A stretch of DNA of 64,000 nt from an uncultured Capnocytophaga sp. (GCA_963528845.1 CAURXJ010000001.1:103378-167377), one strand, 5' to 3'. Shown: positions 23,969 through 34,673, counted from the first letter of the stretch. Translations and numbers: made by a program. The notes: generated by a model not told the origin, from the letters alone.

Positions 23969-25393
23969 ATGAGTATCAAAGAATTATTACAAGAAAAGAC
24001 AAACATAGGAGAGGTTACCCTCAGAGGATGGGTACGTACTTTTCGCAGCAATCGCTTTATAGCCCTTAACGATGGTTCTACTTTGTCCAACCTACAAGTG
24101 GTGGTGGATTTCGAACATACTCCGGAGGAGACTCTCAAGCGTATCACCACTGGTGCGGCTATTGAGGTTAAAGGGAAAGTAGTAGAAAGCCAAGGAAAAG
24201 GTCAATCAATAGAAGTACAAGCCACAGAGGTGACCATCTTGGGGGACTGTAATCCTGATGAGTACCCTATACAACCGAAGAAACACTCCTTGGAGTTCCT
24301 TCGTGAACAGGCACACCTAAGAGTGCGTACCAATGCCTTTGGAGCTATCATGCGCGTACGCTCTACCTTGGCCTATGCTATACATAAGTATTTCCAAGAG
24401 AAAGGTTTCTTCTATGTCAATACCCCTATCATCACCGGAAGCGATGCAGAAGGTGCAGGGGAGATGTTCCGTGTCACTACTCTCGATGCAAAAAATCCAC
24501 CCCTTACCGAGACAGGAGAGGTAGATTATAAGAAAGATTTCTTCGGTCGTGAGACAAACCTAACTGTATCTGGACAGCTCGAAGGAGAGACCTTTGCAAT
24601 GTCATTGGGCAAAATATATACCTTTGGTCCTACCTTCCGTGCGGAAAATTCCAATACTTCCCGACACTTGGCTGAGTTCTGGATGATAGAGCCTGAAATG
24701 GCTTTCTATGACCTGATAGACAATATGAACTTGGCTGAGGATTTTATCAAGAATGTACTCAAATATACTTTGGAGGTGCGTCGTGAGGATATAGAATTCC
24801 TTAACCAGCGTTTCTTGGAAGAAGAGAAGACCAAGCCACAGCAGGAGCGTAGTGAGATGTCTCTTATCGAAAAGTTAGAGTTTGTCATTCACAACGATTT
24901 CAAGCGAGTAAGCTATACTGAGGCGGTAGAAATTCTCAAGAATTGTAACCACAACAAAAAGAAGAAATTCCAATATCTTATAGATGAATGGGGGGTAGAT
25001 CTCCAGAGCGAACACGAGCGCTACTTGGTAGAAAAGCACTTCGGGTGTCCTGTGATTCTCTATGACTATCCTGCCAAGATTAAGGCCTTCTATATGCGGC
25101 TGAACGAGGATGGAAAGACGGTTCGCGCTATGGATATTCTTTTCCCTGGTATTGGAGAGATTGTAGGGGGCTCTCAGCGTGAAGAGCGCTATGAGGTACT
25201 CAAGCAGAAAATAGCTGACTTAGGTATGGATGAGCAGACCCTCTGGTGGTACTTAGAGCTACGTAAGTTCGGTACAGCCGTACATAGTGGTTTTGGTCTG
25301 GGCTTTGAGCGCTTGGTGCTCTTCACTACAGGTATGACTAATATCCGCGATGTGATCCCTTATCCACGTACCCCACAGAGTGCAGAGTTTTAA
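23969..25393 (+). CDS. asnS: Asparagine--tRNA ligase
   Basis: [34 protein letters not shown] and GFGLGFERL motifs. Confidence 0.97.
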   Translation: MSIKELLQEKTNIGEVTLRGWVRTFRSNRFIALNDGSTLSNLQVVVDFEHTPEETLKRITTGAAIEVKGKVVESQGKGQSIEVQATEVTILGDCNPDEYPIQPKKHSLEFLREQAHLRVRTNAFGAIMRVRSTLAYAIHKYFQEKGFFYVNTPIITGSDAEGAGEMFRVTTLDAKNPPLTETGEVDYKKDFFGRETNLTVSGQLEGETFAMSLGKIYTFGPTFRAENSNTSRHLAEFWMIEPEMAFYDLIDNMNLAEDFIKNVLKYTLEVRREDIEFLNQRFLEEEKTKPQQERSEMSLIEKLEFVIHNDFKRVSYTEAVEILKNCNHNKKKKFQYLIDEWGVDLQSEHERYLVEKHFGCPVILYDYPAKIKAFYMRLNEDGKTVRAMDILFPGIGEIVGGSQREERYEVLKQKIADLGMDEQTLWWYLELRKFGTAVHSGFGLGFERLVLFTTGMTNIRDVIPYPRTPQSAEF

Positions 25394-25420
25394 TGTTTTT
25401 AATTGGTTATAATTATTCAC

Positions 25421-25452
25421 AAAACCATCTCCCCAAAGGGAGGTGGTTTTTT
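25421..25452 (+). terminator. Rho-independent terminator after asnS
   Basis: AAAACCATCTCCC..GGGAGGTGGTTTTTT stem with T-tract. Confidence 0.85.
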
Positions 25453-25599
25453 GACGAGGTTCATAGAGGAATGAATAAAAATTTAACACTATATTTACGA
25501 CCATCAAAAAATATTTATTTCGCAGTTTGTAAATAATATTTTTAATCGTTATAAAGCTAAAATATATTAGTAAGAAAGGGTTATTTGAAATATCAGAAG

Positions 25600-26334
25600 A
25601 TGAAAAGAATAAAGGAGGTAATGGTTGTTATTAGTCTGTTGTATATTACGATAGGAAATGCGCAAACAAACAAAAAAATAGCGGTTAAGGAAATATTAGG
25701 CGTGTTAGGTAAGAATTATACAATAGAAAAATATAAGAGTCATACTCGAAATAAGCAGTATCTAACGCTTCAGGTATTTGTAGATAGTATTCATGAAAAG
25801 GAACTTTATATAGTATATATTAATGGAGATTCTTTTTGGATAAAGAAAAAAGAGAGTGTTACTTTTTTGGTAAATCATAGACAAACCTATGAAGTGGGAG
25901 CTTCTGCATTTGTTAGGGGAATATTGAAAATTCCTAATGTCATTCCCCGTAAAAGAGATTCCTTGGTGATTAAGGCCTATCTAAAGTCTCCACCTAAGGT
26001 AACTCCCAGACCTAAATATGGAAAAATCGCCGTATTAGGAGAGGAGTATACAATGGATACTTATAAAAGTCAGGATAAGAAAACCTATCTGACCTTTCAA
26101 GTTTTTGAATTTGGCCGACAGATAGAAGACTTTTTCGTAAGTATCAATGAAGAGGATACCGATCATGTAGAGGGAAAGAATGCTGCAACCTATATGATTA
26201 GAGCTAAGAGGAATTACGATGTAGAATTGTCGAATTATTTTATGGAGACGATAAGAATCCCCTACATTTTCCCTCAGGAGGGCGATTCCTTGGTGATCAA
26301 GGGATATCTGAAAGTGCCTATAAAAATCTATTGA
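25600..26334 (+). CDS. Hypothetical exported protein with two tandem homologous domains
   Basis: Signal peptide ending GNA-Q; duplicated motif VLG..YT...YKS....YLT.QVF ... IP...P...DSLVIK.YLK; AT-rich; ATG at 25600 preferred. Confidence 0.75.
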   Translation: MKRIKEVMVVISLLYITIGNAQTNKKIAVKEILGVLGKNYTIEKYKSHTRNKQYLTLQVFVDSIHEKELYIVYINGDSFWIKKKESVTFLVNHRQTYEVGASAFVRGILKIPNVIPRKRDSLVIKAYLKSPPKVTPRPKYGKIAVLGEEYTMDTYKSQDKKTYLTFQVFEFGRQIEDFFVSINEEDTDHVEGKNAATYMIRAKRNYDVELSNYFMETIRIPYIFPQEGDSLVIKGYLKVPIKIY

Positions 26335-26388
26335 TTGTACCTAAGTAAAATACTTGATATATAAGCTCTTTAATCTCAAAAAAAGCCG

Positions 26389-26396
26389 TATCTTTG
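26389..26396 (+). promoter_or_regulatory. -7 promoter element (TATCTTTG)
   Basis: TAnnTTTG match upstream of the ATG at 26427. Confidence 0.65.
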
Positions 26397-26426
26397 CACA
26401 AAAGAAACTTAGAAATACTTAGAAAG

Positions 26427-26909
26427 ATGTTAGTTAGCATGGATTCCTTGCCACAAACGGCACGGGTATGGATATACCCCAGTAATCGACTTCTGACGGG
26501 GGAAGAGGAGGCACAGATTACAGCAGATCTCACTGCATATCTCTCCAAATGGGCTTCTCATGGCACCTTGGTAAGGAGTGCTTTTGAGCTGCGCTACCAC
26601 CAGTTTATCGTCATTGCTGCCGATGACAATCAGCATATTGGAGGATGTTCCTTGGATGAGCTGGCGCACTTTATACAGGCTTTAGAGCAGAAGTATAACT
26701 TGCTCCTTTTGGATAAAATGAATGTGAGCTACCGCCATGAGGACAAAATCTATTATGTGCCCCTTACAGATTTCAAGAAGCTCGTACAGCACAAAAAGGT
26801 AGATGGTAACACCATTGTTTTCAACAACTTGGTTACTAATCTCTACGAATACGAACAAGTTTGGGAAACTCCCATGATCGATAGCTGGCACAATCGATTC
26901 CTTAAGTAA
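26427..26909 (+). CDS. Conserved Bacteroidota hypothetical protein
   Basis: RVWIY, WASHG, GCSLD, VFNNLV and SWH pattern of a Bacteroidota family; no Walker motifs. Confidence 0.75.
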   Translation: MLVSMDSLPQTARVWIYPSNRLLTGEEEAQITADLTAYLSKWASHGTLVRSAFELRYHQFIVIAADDNQHIGGCSLDELAHFIQALEQKYNLLLLDKMNVSYRHEDKIYYVPLTDFKKLVQHKKVDGNTIVFNNLVTNLYEYEQVWETPMIDSWHNRFLK

Positions 26910-26918
26910 GGGAAAAGA

Positions 26919-26959
26919 AAAAAGGGTAATAAAAACAAAGCGTTTTTATTACCCTTTTT
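26919..26959. terminator. Bidirectional terminator
   Basis: AAAAAGGGTAATAAAAAC / GTTTTTATTACCCTTTTT perfect inverted repeat between convergent genes. Confidence 0.85.
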
Positions 26960-26976
26960 ATCATGTAAAAATAAGC

Positions 26977-27633
26977 TTATTTTTTAGCTTTTACTTTCAC
27001 AACGAGTTCTATTTCGTCATTGATGAATTTGTCCTTTAAATCGCCAAAAACAGACTTAGAAGCATAGTTTACGCCATAGTCCACACGGTTGATATTGAAA
27101 GGTTGGCTTTCGAGGGTTACTTCGCTATCGGTGATAGTAAGGGTAGCAGGGAAGGAAATAGTTTTTGTTTTTCCTTTTAGAGTAAGATCTCCCGTTGCGT
27201 TAGTTCCATCAAAGCCAGTAAGCTTAAAGCTTCCTGTAGGGTAGGTTTTTACATTGAAGAAATGGTCAGCTCCTTCTTCTTTTCCAGTTCCTTTTAGGTG
27301 AGCTTCGAGGTCGAGCTTTCCTTCGTCTTCCTTGATGTCAGTAACGGTAATAGAATTCATATCTATCACAAAATTTCCGCTTACTTTACCATTGTCTACA
27401 GTAAAGGTTCCACTTTGTAGTGCGATAGTACCTGTATGGCTACCTGTGGGTTTGCTTCCTTTCCATTCGATAACAGAAGTAGGTTCAGCAGTATAAGTAC
27501 CACTGGCTGTTACAGGAGCTGTCTCTACAGGGGTTTCTGTGGTTTGTTCTTGGTTGTTAGTAGTACCATTGTTCCCGCAACTTGCTACAGTAAGAGCAAG
27601 GACTACTGCTGCGGATAATACCATTTTCTTCAT
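26977..27633 (-). CDS. YceI family lipid/polyisoprenoid-binding lipoprotein
   Basis: Lipobox VASC; IEWKGSK..HTGTI, LEAHLK..FFNV..YP and GDLTLKGKT motifs; ATG at 27633 preferred. Confidence 0.9.
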   Translation of the reverse strand: MKKMVLSAAVVLALTVASCGNNGTTNNQEQTTETPVETAPVTASGTYTAEPTSVIEWKGSKPTGSHTGTIALQSGTFTVDNGKVSGNFVIDMNSITVTDIKEDEGKLDLEAHLKGTGKEEGADHFFNVKTYPTGSFKLTGFDGTNATGDLTLKGKTKTISFPATLTITDSEVTLESQPFNINRVDYGVNYASKSVFGDLKDKFINDEIELVVKVKAKK

Positions 27634-27660
27634 GAAGAATTTTTGTTTAAATTCAAAGGG

Positions 27661-27668
27661 CAAAAATA
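27661..27668 (-). promoter_or_regulatory. -7 promoter element (TATTTTTG) for the YceI gene
   Basis: TAnnTTTG match upstream of the start. Confidence 0.6.
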
Positions 27669-27798
27669 CCCTTTATTTTTTTAATAAAATGTCAAAAATA
27701 ATTATATATTTGTTAATTACATTCTTGTGTAGGCGAAAGGACTCATATACTCTACTTAGAGTAGGCCTTTATCACAGCTGAACTTTTGCTTCTAAAAG

Positions 27799-29658
27799 CT
27801 ATCTTCCCATATATACCAATAGGATGCTGATATCGGCAGGGGAGACCCCACTGATACGAGAAGCTTGAGAAAGAGTAGTTGGGCGTATTTTCTTGAGTTT
27901 TTCTCGCGACTCGAAGGAAAGAGAGGTGAGCTTGTCATAGTTGAAGCTCTCAGGGATACGGATATCCTCCAAGCGGTTGAGCTTATCGGCATTGTTCTTC
28001 TCCTTCTCTATATAACCGGCATACTTGATCTCTATCTCTGTACTCTCAAGGACTTCCTTGCTCAGCTGCTGAGCATGGGCAAATGCTTTTACTTGGGGCA
28101 ACTCCATGAAGTCCTCCACAGTAATATTGGGGCGGGCGAGTACTTTGGCCATCTTATCTCCCTGTTTCATAGGGGAGGAATCATACTTCTCAAGGAGAGG
28201 ATTTGCCTCTTCAGGAGTGATGCTTGTTTCCTTAAAGAACTGTACAAAAGCAGCTGTTTTCGTCTGTTTTTCCTCTAATAGTCGCATACGTTCCTCACTG
28301 GCCAATCCTAAGGCATATCCCATAGGGGTAAGGCGCATATCGGCATTGTCCTGTCTAAGGAGGGTACGATATTCGGCTCGAGAGGTGAACATGCGATAAG
28401 GTTCTTCAGTGCCCTTGGTGATTAGGTCATCTATCAGTACCCCTATATAAGCCTCGTTGCGCTTAAGGACAAAGGGTGATTGCTCCTGTACTTTACGCGA
28501 AGCATTGATCCCTGCGATGAGTCCCTGAGCACCAGCTTCTTCATAGCCTGTGGTACCATTGATCTGTCCTGCAAAGAAAAGATTTTCTATGATTTTTGTC
28601 TCCAAGGTAGCCTTGAGCTGGGTAGGAGGGAAGTAGTCATATTCTATGGCATAGCCTGGGCGAAGGAACTTCACCTGCTCGAAACCTGCTACCTTGCGCA
28701 GGGCCGTATATTGCACCTCTTCTGGGAGCGAGGTCGAAAAACCATTGACATACATTTCCACTGTGTGCCACCCTTCAGGTTCTACAAAAATCTGGTGACG
28801 ATCCTTATCGGCAAAGCGGTTGATCTTATCCTCTATGGAAGGACAATAGCGCGGCCCCACACCATGGATAATTCCGGTGAACATGGGAGAGCGGTCAAAG
28901 CCAGTCCGTAAGATATCATGTACCTCCTCACTGGTATAGGTCATATAACAATCCAACTGATGGGTAAGAGGCTGGGTCAGTGGTAGGTAGGAGAATTTTT
29001 CAGGGTTTTCATCTCCAGGCTGTGGGGTCATCTTGGAATAATCCAAGGAGCGCCCATCTACACGGGGGGGAGTTCCTGTTTTCATGCGTCCTGCTTCAAA
29101 ACCATGAGCTACAAGACATTCAGTAATTCCCTTGGCAGCTTTTTCTCCAGCACGTCCGCCTCCGAGTTGTTTTAGGCCGATGTGAATAATTCCATTGAGA
29201 AAAGTGCCATTGGTAAGCACTACACTCTTGGCGCGTATTTCACTACCAAGAGAGGTCTTCACACCTGTAGCCTTGCCACCCTCTATGAGTACCTCAGTGA
29301 CCATTTCTTGGAAGAAATCAAGGTTGGGCAGCCTCTCCAGTTGTAGGCGCCAAGCCTCCGAGAATCGCATGCGATCACTTTGGGCACGTGGGCTCCACAT
29401 GGCAGGTCCTTTGGACTTGTTGAGCATCTTGAACTGAATGGCAGTTTGGTCTGTGATAATGCCCATATAGCCCCCCAATGCATCTATCTCGCGAACAATC
29501 TGTCCCTTAGCAATCCCCCCTACGGCGGGGTTGCAGGACATTTGCGCCATGTTCTGTAGTTGCATGGTGATAAGAAGGGTCTTTGCCCCTGTATTGGCGG
29601 CAGCGGCAGCAGCTTCACAGCCTGCATGCCCTGCACCGACTACTATAACGTCGTACAT
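27799..29658 (-). CDS. mnmG: tRNA uridine 5-carboxymethylaminomethyl modification enzyme MnmG/GidA
   Basis: VVGAGHAGCEA, MSCNPAVGG, GPRYCPSIEDK, AGQINGTTGYEEA and YRMFTSRAE motifs. Confidence 0.98.
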   Translation of the reverse strand: MYDVIVVGAGHAGCEAAAAAANTGAKTLLITMQLQNMAQMSCNPAVGGIAKGQIVREIDALGGYMGIITDQTAIQFKMLNKSKGPAMWSPRAQSDRMRFSEAWRLQLERLPNLDFFQEMVTEVLIEGGKATGVKTSLGSEIRAKSVVLTNGTFLNGIIHIGLKQLGGGRAGEKAAKGITECLVAHGFEAGRMKTGTPPRVDGRSLDYSKMTPQPGDENPEKFSYLPLTQPLTHQLDCYMTYTSEEVHDILRTGFDRSPMFTGIIHGVGPRYCPSIEDKINRFADKDRHQIFVEPEGWHTVEMYVNGFSTSLPEEVQYTALRKVAGFEQVKFLRPGYAIEYDYFPPTQLKATLETKIIENLFFAGQINGTTGYEEAGAQGLIAGINASRKVQEQSPFVLKRNEAYIGVLIDDLITKGTEEPYRMFTSRAEYRTLLRQDNADMRLTPMGYALGLASEERMRLLEEKQTKTAAFVQFFKETSITPEEANPLLEKYDSSPMKQGDKMAKVLARPNITVEDFMELPQVKAFAHAQQLSKEVLESTEIEIKYAGYIEKEKNNADKLNRLEDIRIPESFNYDKLTSLSFESREKLKKIRPTTLSQASRISGVSPADISILLVYMGR

Positions 29659-29664
29659 CTCTTT

Positions 29665-29697
29665 TAATTATCAATTGTTAATTATCAATTATTAATT
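29665..29697. repeat. AATTATC/AATTGTT heptamer tract upstream of mnmG
   Basis: aattatc aattgtt aattatc aattatt aatt. Confidence 0.75.
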
Positions 29698-29808
29698 CTG
29701 TGATACGCATGCCTAATTTTTAAAACATTCGTAATGCCACAAATATTAATCATTAGTTGTCTATTGCATCAAACTAAATAGAGAAATTATACCATTCCAA
29801 CTCCTGTA

Positions 29809-29845
29809 TAATTGACAACTAACAATTATCAATTAATAATTATTG
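29809..29845. repeat. AATTGAC/AATTATC heptamer tract at the 3' end of the pseudogene
   Basis: aattgac aactaac aattatc aattaat aattatt. Confidence 0.75.
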
Positions 29846-30005
29846 TTTGTTGTTTTTTATTGTTTTAAGAATGCTTGTAAGTAGTTTAATTACTTCCGTT
29901 GTATCTGTTCTTATGCTATCATACTTCTTGTGTCAAATACTTATAGAGATTGACCATTCTCACAGCAAGTGATATACTTTTCTCTTTTAATATATTCTCT
30001 TTCAT
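29840..30005 (-). pseudogene. Internally deleted, frameshifted four-helix-bundle (23S rRNA IVP-like) gene remnant
   Basis: ATG 30005 gives MKENILKEKSISLAVRMVNLYKYLTQEV* (family-like N-terminus); another frame gives KYDSIRTDTTEVIKLLTSILKTIKNNKQ* ending at 29840 (family-like C-terminus); the central segment is absent. Confidence 0.75.
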
Positions 30006-30009
30006 TTTC

Positions 30010-30774
30010 TTAGCCATTAACAATTGATTTTGCTTTCCACTTGGCAATAAATGCAGGTTTTGTTCCACCTTCTTTTTGGGCGCAGAGGAAGGTCTCTACA
30101 AGTGTTTTTTCAGGATTGAGGTAGTGACCATGGCTCTTGTAGCCCTGCATGGTATCTCCGAGGAAGGTTTCAGAAAGAAAATTGATATCATATTCCTGAA
30201 TCACCCACTCACGATGATCTTTCTCACGCATCATATCCAGAGCCCATTGAGTATATTTCACATTATTGACATGGGAGTTCACATCCAAGTCGCTGATTCT
30301 TACCTTGAAGTCACATATATGAATCATCTCCTGTGGGAGTAGTACACGTTCGGTCTGCATGGCAATCCCACCATCGAGGCGAGGGTGGAACATCTCTTGA
30401 CTGTTGGTCATATCGATAGGGTGGCGAGAGGCGATATCCATGGTAATCCAAGTAGAAGAGCTTTCTCCTATCTTGCGATCACCTACATAGAGTTCGAACT
30501 GGCGGAAGGCGTGTACCCCCTGAACAGGCAGAGACCAAGTATGGATAGTTACCCGCTCGTTCCACTGAGGCCACTCATACATTTTAAGTTTTTGCTGGAT
30601 CAGTGCCCAGAAGAAACCCTTCCGAACCAAGTCCTTATAGCCAAATCCTAAAGAGGCGGCATGCTCTGCTGCTATATCTTGCAACATACCCAATACACCA
30701 TAGAGGCCTAATTGGTTATTCAAATTCACTTGAGTGCTACGCACTTTATAGGTTTCTGTAAATATAGATAACAT
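30010..30774 (-). CDS. Acyl-ACP thioesterase
   Basis: LQDIAAEHA..LGFG and catalytic DLDVNSHVNN motif. Confidence 0.9.
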   Translation of the reverse strand: MLSIFTETYKVRSTQVNLNNQLGLYGVLGMLQDIAAEHAASLGFGYKDLVRKGFFWALIQQKLKMYEWPQWNERVTIHTWSLPVQGVHAFRQFELYVGDRKIGESSSTWITMDIASRHPIDMTNSQEMFHPRLDGGIAMQTERVLLPQEMIHICDFKVRISDLDVNSHVNNVKYTQWALDMMREKDHREWVIQEYDINFLSETFLGDTMQGYKSHGHYLNPEKTLVETFLCAQKEGGTKPAFIAKWKAKSIVNG

Positions 30775-30788
30775 AGTAGTTTTGAGTT

Positions 30789-32585
30789 TTATTTGTTGTT
30801 ACTAAAGTAAATCAGTTTCCTTCTGTATACCGTTAGGAGCTTGGACTTGGAGATAAAGCCAATGTATTTCCCGTTCTTGACTACAGGAAGGTTCCAAGCG
30901 GCGGTATTTTGGAATTTGTCCATGACTTGGTTCATTGTATCTTGTCCCATCTGGATCAGAGCCGGAGGGGGTTGCATCATCTCAAGGACGGATACTTTGT
31001 CATACAGTTCCTTTTCAAAGATCAGGTGGCGAATATCATCTAAAAGGATAACTCCTTCTAAACTGCCTTTTTCCCTATCCAGAACAGGGAAAATATTACG
31101 AGAAGACTCTCGAACTGCTTCATATACGACCCCCTTGAGCGTCATGTCTGTGTATACAGGGACAAAATTAGTCTCTATGACACTCTCCATATCCATGAGA
31201 GTCAGGATGGCCTGATCTTTGTCCTGATTGACCAATTCTCCTTTGCGTCCCAGCTCCATAGTATAGATAGAATATTTGTTAAAATACTTAGCTATAGAGA
31301 AGGAAACTACTGCGGTTACCATGGCAGGAACAAAGAGAGAGTAGCCACCGGTGACCTCTGCAATAAGAAAAATAGCCGTAAGGGGAGCATGGAGCACCCC
31401 TGTCATGAGAGCTGTCATTCCAATCAAGGTAAAATTGGCCAAAGGTAGCTTGTAAGGGAGTATATCTATCTGATTGATGATACGAGCAAAACAATTGCCC
31501 ATCACTCCCCCCATGAAGAGCATAGGGGAGAAGATCCCTCCCACTCCACCTGCGCCGAAAGTGACAGAAGTGGCTACCACCTTGAATAGCACTAAGCCTC
31601 CTAAGAGAAGGATAACGACCCAAGGATTCTCTAAGTTCCATCCAAAAATATTAGAACTGATCGAAAGCTCAGGATGCCCTGCCTTCAGATGGTTAATCAC
31701 CTCATGCCCTTCTCCATAGAGAGGTGGCATGACAAAGACCAAAAGCCCTAAGATAGCTCCTCCGATAACAATACGCAGATAAGCGGAAGAGAACTTAGAA
31801 AAAAACCGATTGACCCCCTCATATACAAAGGTAAAGTAGGCTGACATAAAGCCTCCTACGACCCCCAAGAGAAGGTAAAAAGGAATGTTGTGCATCAGGA
31901 AACTATCCCCTACATAGATCGGCAATAAGGCGGCATTGCCAAAGAAAATATAAGAGGTGAGTACTCCCGAGAGTGAGGCTACAAAGAGTGGCAACAAAGA
32001 GGAGAGGGTAAGGTCTAAACCAAAAACCTCTATAGCAAAAAGAATCCCAGCCAGAGGTACCTTAAAGATGGCTGCCAAAGCCGCAGCACAGGCACAGGCC
32101 AAGAGCAGCATCCTATCGGATTGGTTGATGTGGAATAGGCGAGCTACCTGTGAGCTAATCCCAGCACCTGTAACTACCATAGGCCCTTCCAATCCTACAG
32201 ACCCTCCAAAGCCAATGGTAATAGGAGCTGTAAGTATGCTACCATAAGCCTGAAAGCGCTTCATGATGCCCTTTTGCTTGGCCACTGCATAGAGAATAGA
32301 GGGAATCCCATGGCTGACCTCCTTGCGGATGATATACTTCTTGACCCAGTAGACCAATAAGAAACCAACCGCAGGGAAAATCACATAAAAACCATAGTTG
32401 ATATAGCGGATGATATTGCCTACCAAAACCTCCTCGATAAAGTGTGTAAGGGAGCGCATCGCCAGTGCTGCAAAGCCCGTAGCGACTCCAACTAACCCAC
32501 AAAGCAGCAGTATAAACTGCCTATGAGTGAGGTATTGTGTTTTCCACTGTAGGAATTTTATATACCAACGCGCAGTCGTTCTCAT
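30789..32585 (-). CDS. ClC family chloride channel/transporter with CBS domains
   Basis: HGIP, GGSVGLEGP and GGVGGIFSP motifs; soluble C-terminal CBS pair. Confidence 0.92.
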   Translation of the reverse strand: MRTTARWYIKFLQWKTQYLTHRQFILLLCGLVGVATGFAALAMRSLTHFIEEVLVGNIIRYINYGFYVIFPAVGFLLVYWVKKYIIRKEVSHGIPSILYAVAKQKGIMKRFQAYGSILTAPITIGFGGSVGLEGPMVVTGAGISSQVARLFHINQSDRMLLLACACAAALAAIFKVPLAGILFAIEVFGLDLTLSSLLPLFVASLSGVLTSYIFFGNAALLPIYVGDSFLMHNIPFYLLLGVVGGFMSAYFTFVYEGVNRFFSKFSSAYLRIVIGGAILGLLVFVMPPLYGEGHEVINHLKAGHPELSISSNIFGWNLENPWVVILLLGGLVLFKVVATSVTFGAGGVGGIFSPMLFMGGVMGNCFARIINQIDILPYKLPLANFTLIGMTALMTGVLHAPLTAIFLIAEVTGGYSLFVPAMVTAVVSFSIAKYFNKYSIYTMELGRKGELVNQDKDQAILTLMDMESVIETNFVPVYTDMTLKGVVYEAVRESSRNIFPVLDREKGSLEGVILLDDIRHLIFEKELYDKVSVLEMMQPPPALIQMGQDTMNQVMDKFQNTAAWNLPVVKNGKYIGFISKSKLLTVYRRKLIYFSNNK

Positions 32586-32588
32586 TAT

Positions 32589-32680
32589 AGTTTTGAATTT
32601 TTGAATGCTGAGTTTTCAGTTATATCAGGGAGCAATTACTGTTCACTGCTCACTATTCACTGCTTACTGCTCACTGACCT
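32589..32680. repeat. Bipartite heptamer tract between typA and the ClC gene
   Basis: On the - strand: cagtgag cagtaag cagtgaa tagtgag cagtgaa after the typA stop, then aaaactc agcattc aaaaattc aaaact before the ClC start. Confidence 0.85.
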
Positions 32681-34486
32681 CTATTTGAACTCTTTTTCGT
32701 GTCGTTTGCGTTCGTTTTCGTCCAAATATATTTTTCTCAAGCGCATATTCTTAGGAGTTACCTCTACATATTCGTCTTTTTGAATATATTCAAGCGCCTC
32801 TTCGAGAGAGAACTTGATAGGAGGAGCGAGTTTCACTTTCTCATCAGACCCAGCAGCACGTACGTTGGTGAGTTTCTTAGTTTTAGTCACATTCACTACG
32901 ATATCACCACTGCGAGAATTTTCGCCAATCACCTGTCCTGTATAGATATCTTCTCCAGGGAAGATGAAGAAACGACCTCTGTCCTGAAGCTTGTCCAAAG
33001 AGTAAGGAATAGCGGTACCCTGTTCCATAGAGATAAGCGATCCATTGATACGACCTGCTATTTCCCCCTTGAAAGGTTGAAACTCCAAGAAACGGTGGTG
33101 TATGATAGCCTCTCCTGCGGTGGCGGTAAGCAATTGGTTTCTCAACCCAATAATACCACGAGAAGGGATTAGGAACTTAATAACCATACGCTCGCCCTTA
33201 GGTTCCATGCTGAGCATTTCCCCCTTGCGAAGAGTAACGAAATCCACGGCTTTACCACTTACATTCTCAGGGAGGTCTATGGTAAGTTCCTCTACAGGTT
33301 CACACTTTACGCCATCTATTTCCTTGATAATTACCTGAGGTTGTCCTATCTGTAGTTCATAGCCTTCACGACGCATGGTTTCGATAAGCACTGAGAGGTG
33401 AAGCACCCCACGACCATATACAATGAACTTGTCCGCACTGCCAGTGGCTTCCACCCGTAGAGCGAGGTTCTTCTCCAATTCGCGCTCCAAACGTTCCTTG
33501 ATATGGCGGGAAGTAACGAACTTTCCATCTTTTCCAAAGAAAGGAGAGTCATTGATGGTAAAGAGCATACTCATAGTAGGCTCATCGATAGCGATGGTCG
33601 GAAGGGCTTCAGGGTTTTCGTAATCGGCAATAGTATCACCTATGTCAAAACCTTCTAAGCCAGCAATGGCACAGATGTCGCCCGCTTGTACTTCTTCCAC
33701 TTTCTTACGGCCTAAGCCATCGAAGGTATGTAGTTCACGTATTTTGGACTTAACAATTGTCCCATCGCGTTTTACAAGTGAGATATTCATACCTGCCTGA
33801 AGGGAGCCACGATGTAGGCGCCCAATAGCAATACGCCCAGTAAAGGTAGAATAGTCCAAAGAAGTAATAAGCATCTGTAGGCTACCCTCTTCGATGACAG
33901 GAGCAGGAATATGCTCCACAACCATATCCAAAAGAGGTTCTATGGACGTGGTGGGTTTGCGCCAGTCCTCGGACATCCAATTCTGCTTAGCGGAACCATA
34001 TACAGTAGGGAAGTCCAGCTGCCAATCCTCCGCACCGAGTTCGAACATAAGGTCAAATACTGCCTCATGCACCTCCTCTGGGGTACAGTTTTCCTTATCC
34101 ACCTTGTTGATAACCACAATTGGTTTAAGCTTCATCTCAATGGCTTTCTGCAAGACAAAGCGGGTCTGAGGCATAGGCCCCTCAAAGGCATCTACAAGCA
34201 AGAGTACTCCATCGGCCATATTCAGTACACGCTCTACTTCTCCTCCGAAGTCCGCGTGGCCAGGAGTGTCTATAATATTGATTTTGGTTCCCTTATAGTT
34301 TACCGAAACATTCTTAGAGAGAATTGTAATTCCGCGTTCGCGCTCCAAATCGTTGTTGTCCAAGATGAGATCGCCTGTCTCTTGGTTGTCGCGAAAGAGG
34401 GCGCAGTGGTGTAAGATTTTATCTACTAAGGTTGTTTTTCCATGGTCTACGTGGGCAATAATGGCTATGTTTCTGATAGCTGTCAT
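32681..34486 (-). CDS. typA: Translational GTPase TypA/BipA
   Basis: [32 protein letters not shown] and [18 protein letters not shown] motifs. Confidence 0.98.
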   Translation of the reverse strand: MTAIRNIAIIAHVDHGKTTLVDKILHHCALFRDNQETGDLILDNNDLERERGITILSKNVSVNYKGTKINIIDTPGHADFGGEVERVLNMADGVLLLVDAFEGPMPQTRFVLQKAIEMKLKPIVVINKVDKENCTPEEVHEAVFDLMFELGAEDWQLDFPTVYGSAKQNWMSEDWRKPTTSIEPLLDMVVEHIPAPVIEEGSLQMLITSLDYSTFTGRIAIGRLHRGSLQAGMNISLVKRDGTIVKSKIRELHTFDGLGRKKVEEVQAGDICAIAGLEGFDIGDTIADYENPEALPTIAIDEPTMSMLFTINDSPFFGKDGKFVTSRHIKERLERELEKNLALRVEATGSADKFIVYGRGVLHLSVLIETMRREGYELQIGQPQVIIKEIDGVKCEPVEELTIDLPENVSGKAVDFVTLRKGEMLSMEPKGERMVIKFLIPSRGIIGLRNQLLTATAGEAIIHHRFLEFQPFKGEIAGRINGSLISMEQGTAIPYSLDKLQDRGRFFIFPGEDIYTGQVIGENSRSGDIVVNVTKTKKLTNVRAAGSDEKVKLAPPIKFSLEEALEYIQKDEYVEVTPKNMRLRKIYLDENERKRHEKEFK

Positions 34487-34506
34487 ATAAAATATTTTTT
34501 AGGGGG

Positions 34507-34514
34507 CAAAAGTA
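34507..34514 (-). promoter_or_regulatory. -7 promoter element (TACTTTTG) for typA
   Basis: TAnnTTTG match upstream of the start. Confidence 0.7.
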
Positions 34515-34520
34515 CGAAAA

Positions 34521-34552
34521 AGTTTTTAGTTTTTAGCGATTAGTTTTTAGTT
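34521..34552. repeat. AGTTTTT heptamer tract
   Basis: agttttt agttttt agcgatt agttttt agtt. Confidence 0.75.
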
Positions 34553-34606
34553 ATTTAACGTGAAGGGTCAATAGAGGCTCTTAGCAACCTTATAAACTAA
34601 AAAACA

Positions 34607-34646
34607 ATTTGCCAATGTATCCACAAAATCTGATACATTGGCAAAT
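34607..34646 (-). terminator. Terminator hairpin after the lactate permease gene
   Basis: ATTTGCCAATGTATC / GATACATTGGCAAAT perfect 15-bp inverted repeat, T-rich downstream on the - strand. Confidence 0.8.
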
Positions 34647-34673
34647 GCATTAGCCAATATCCTAATTAGCCAA

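Noticed and set aside
26427..26909. ABC transporter ATPase label often given to this family
   Set aside because: No Walker A/B or ABC signature in the sequence
29659..30009. Replication origin next to mnmG/gidA
   Set aside because: No DnaA-box cluster or parS palindrome seen; the region is largely explained by heptamer tracts and the pseudogene
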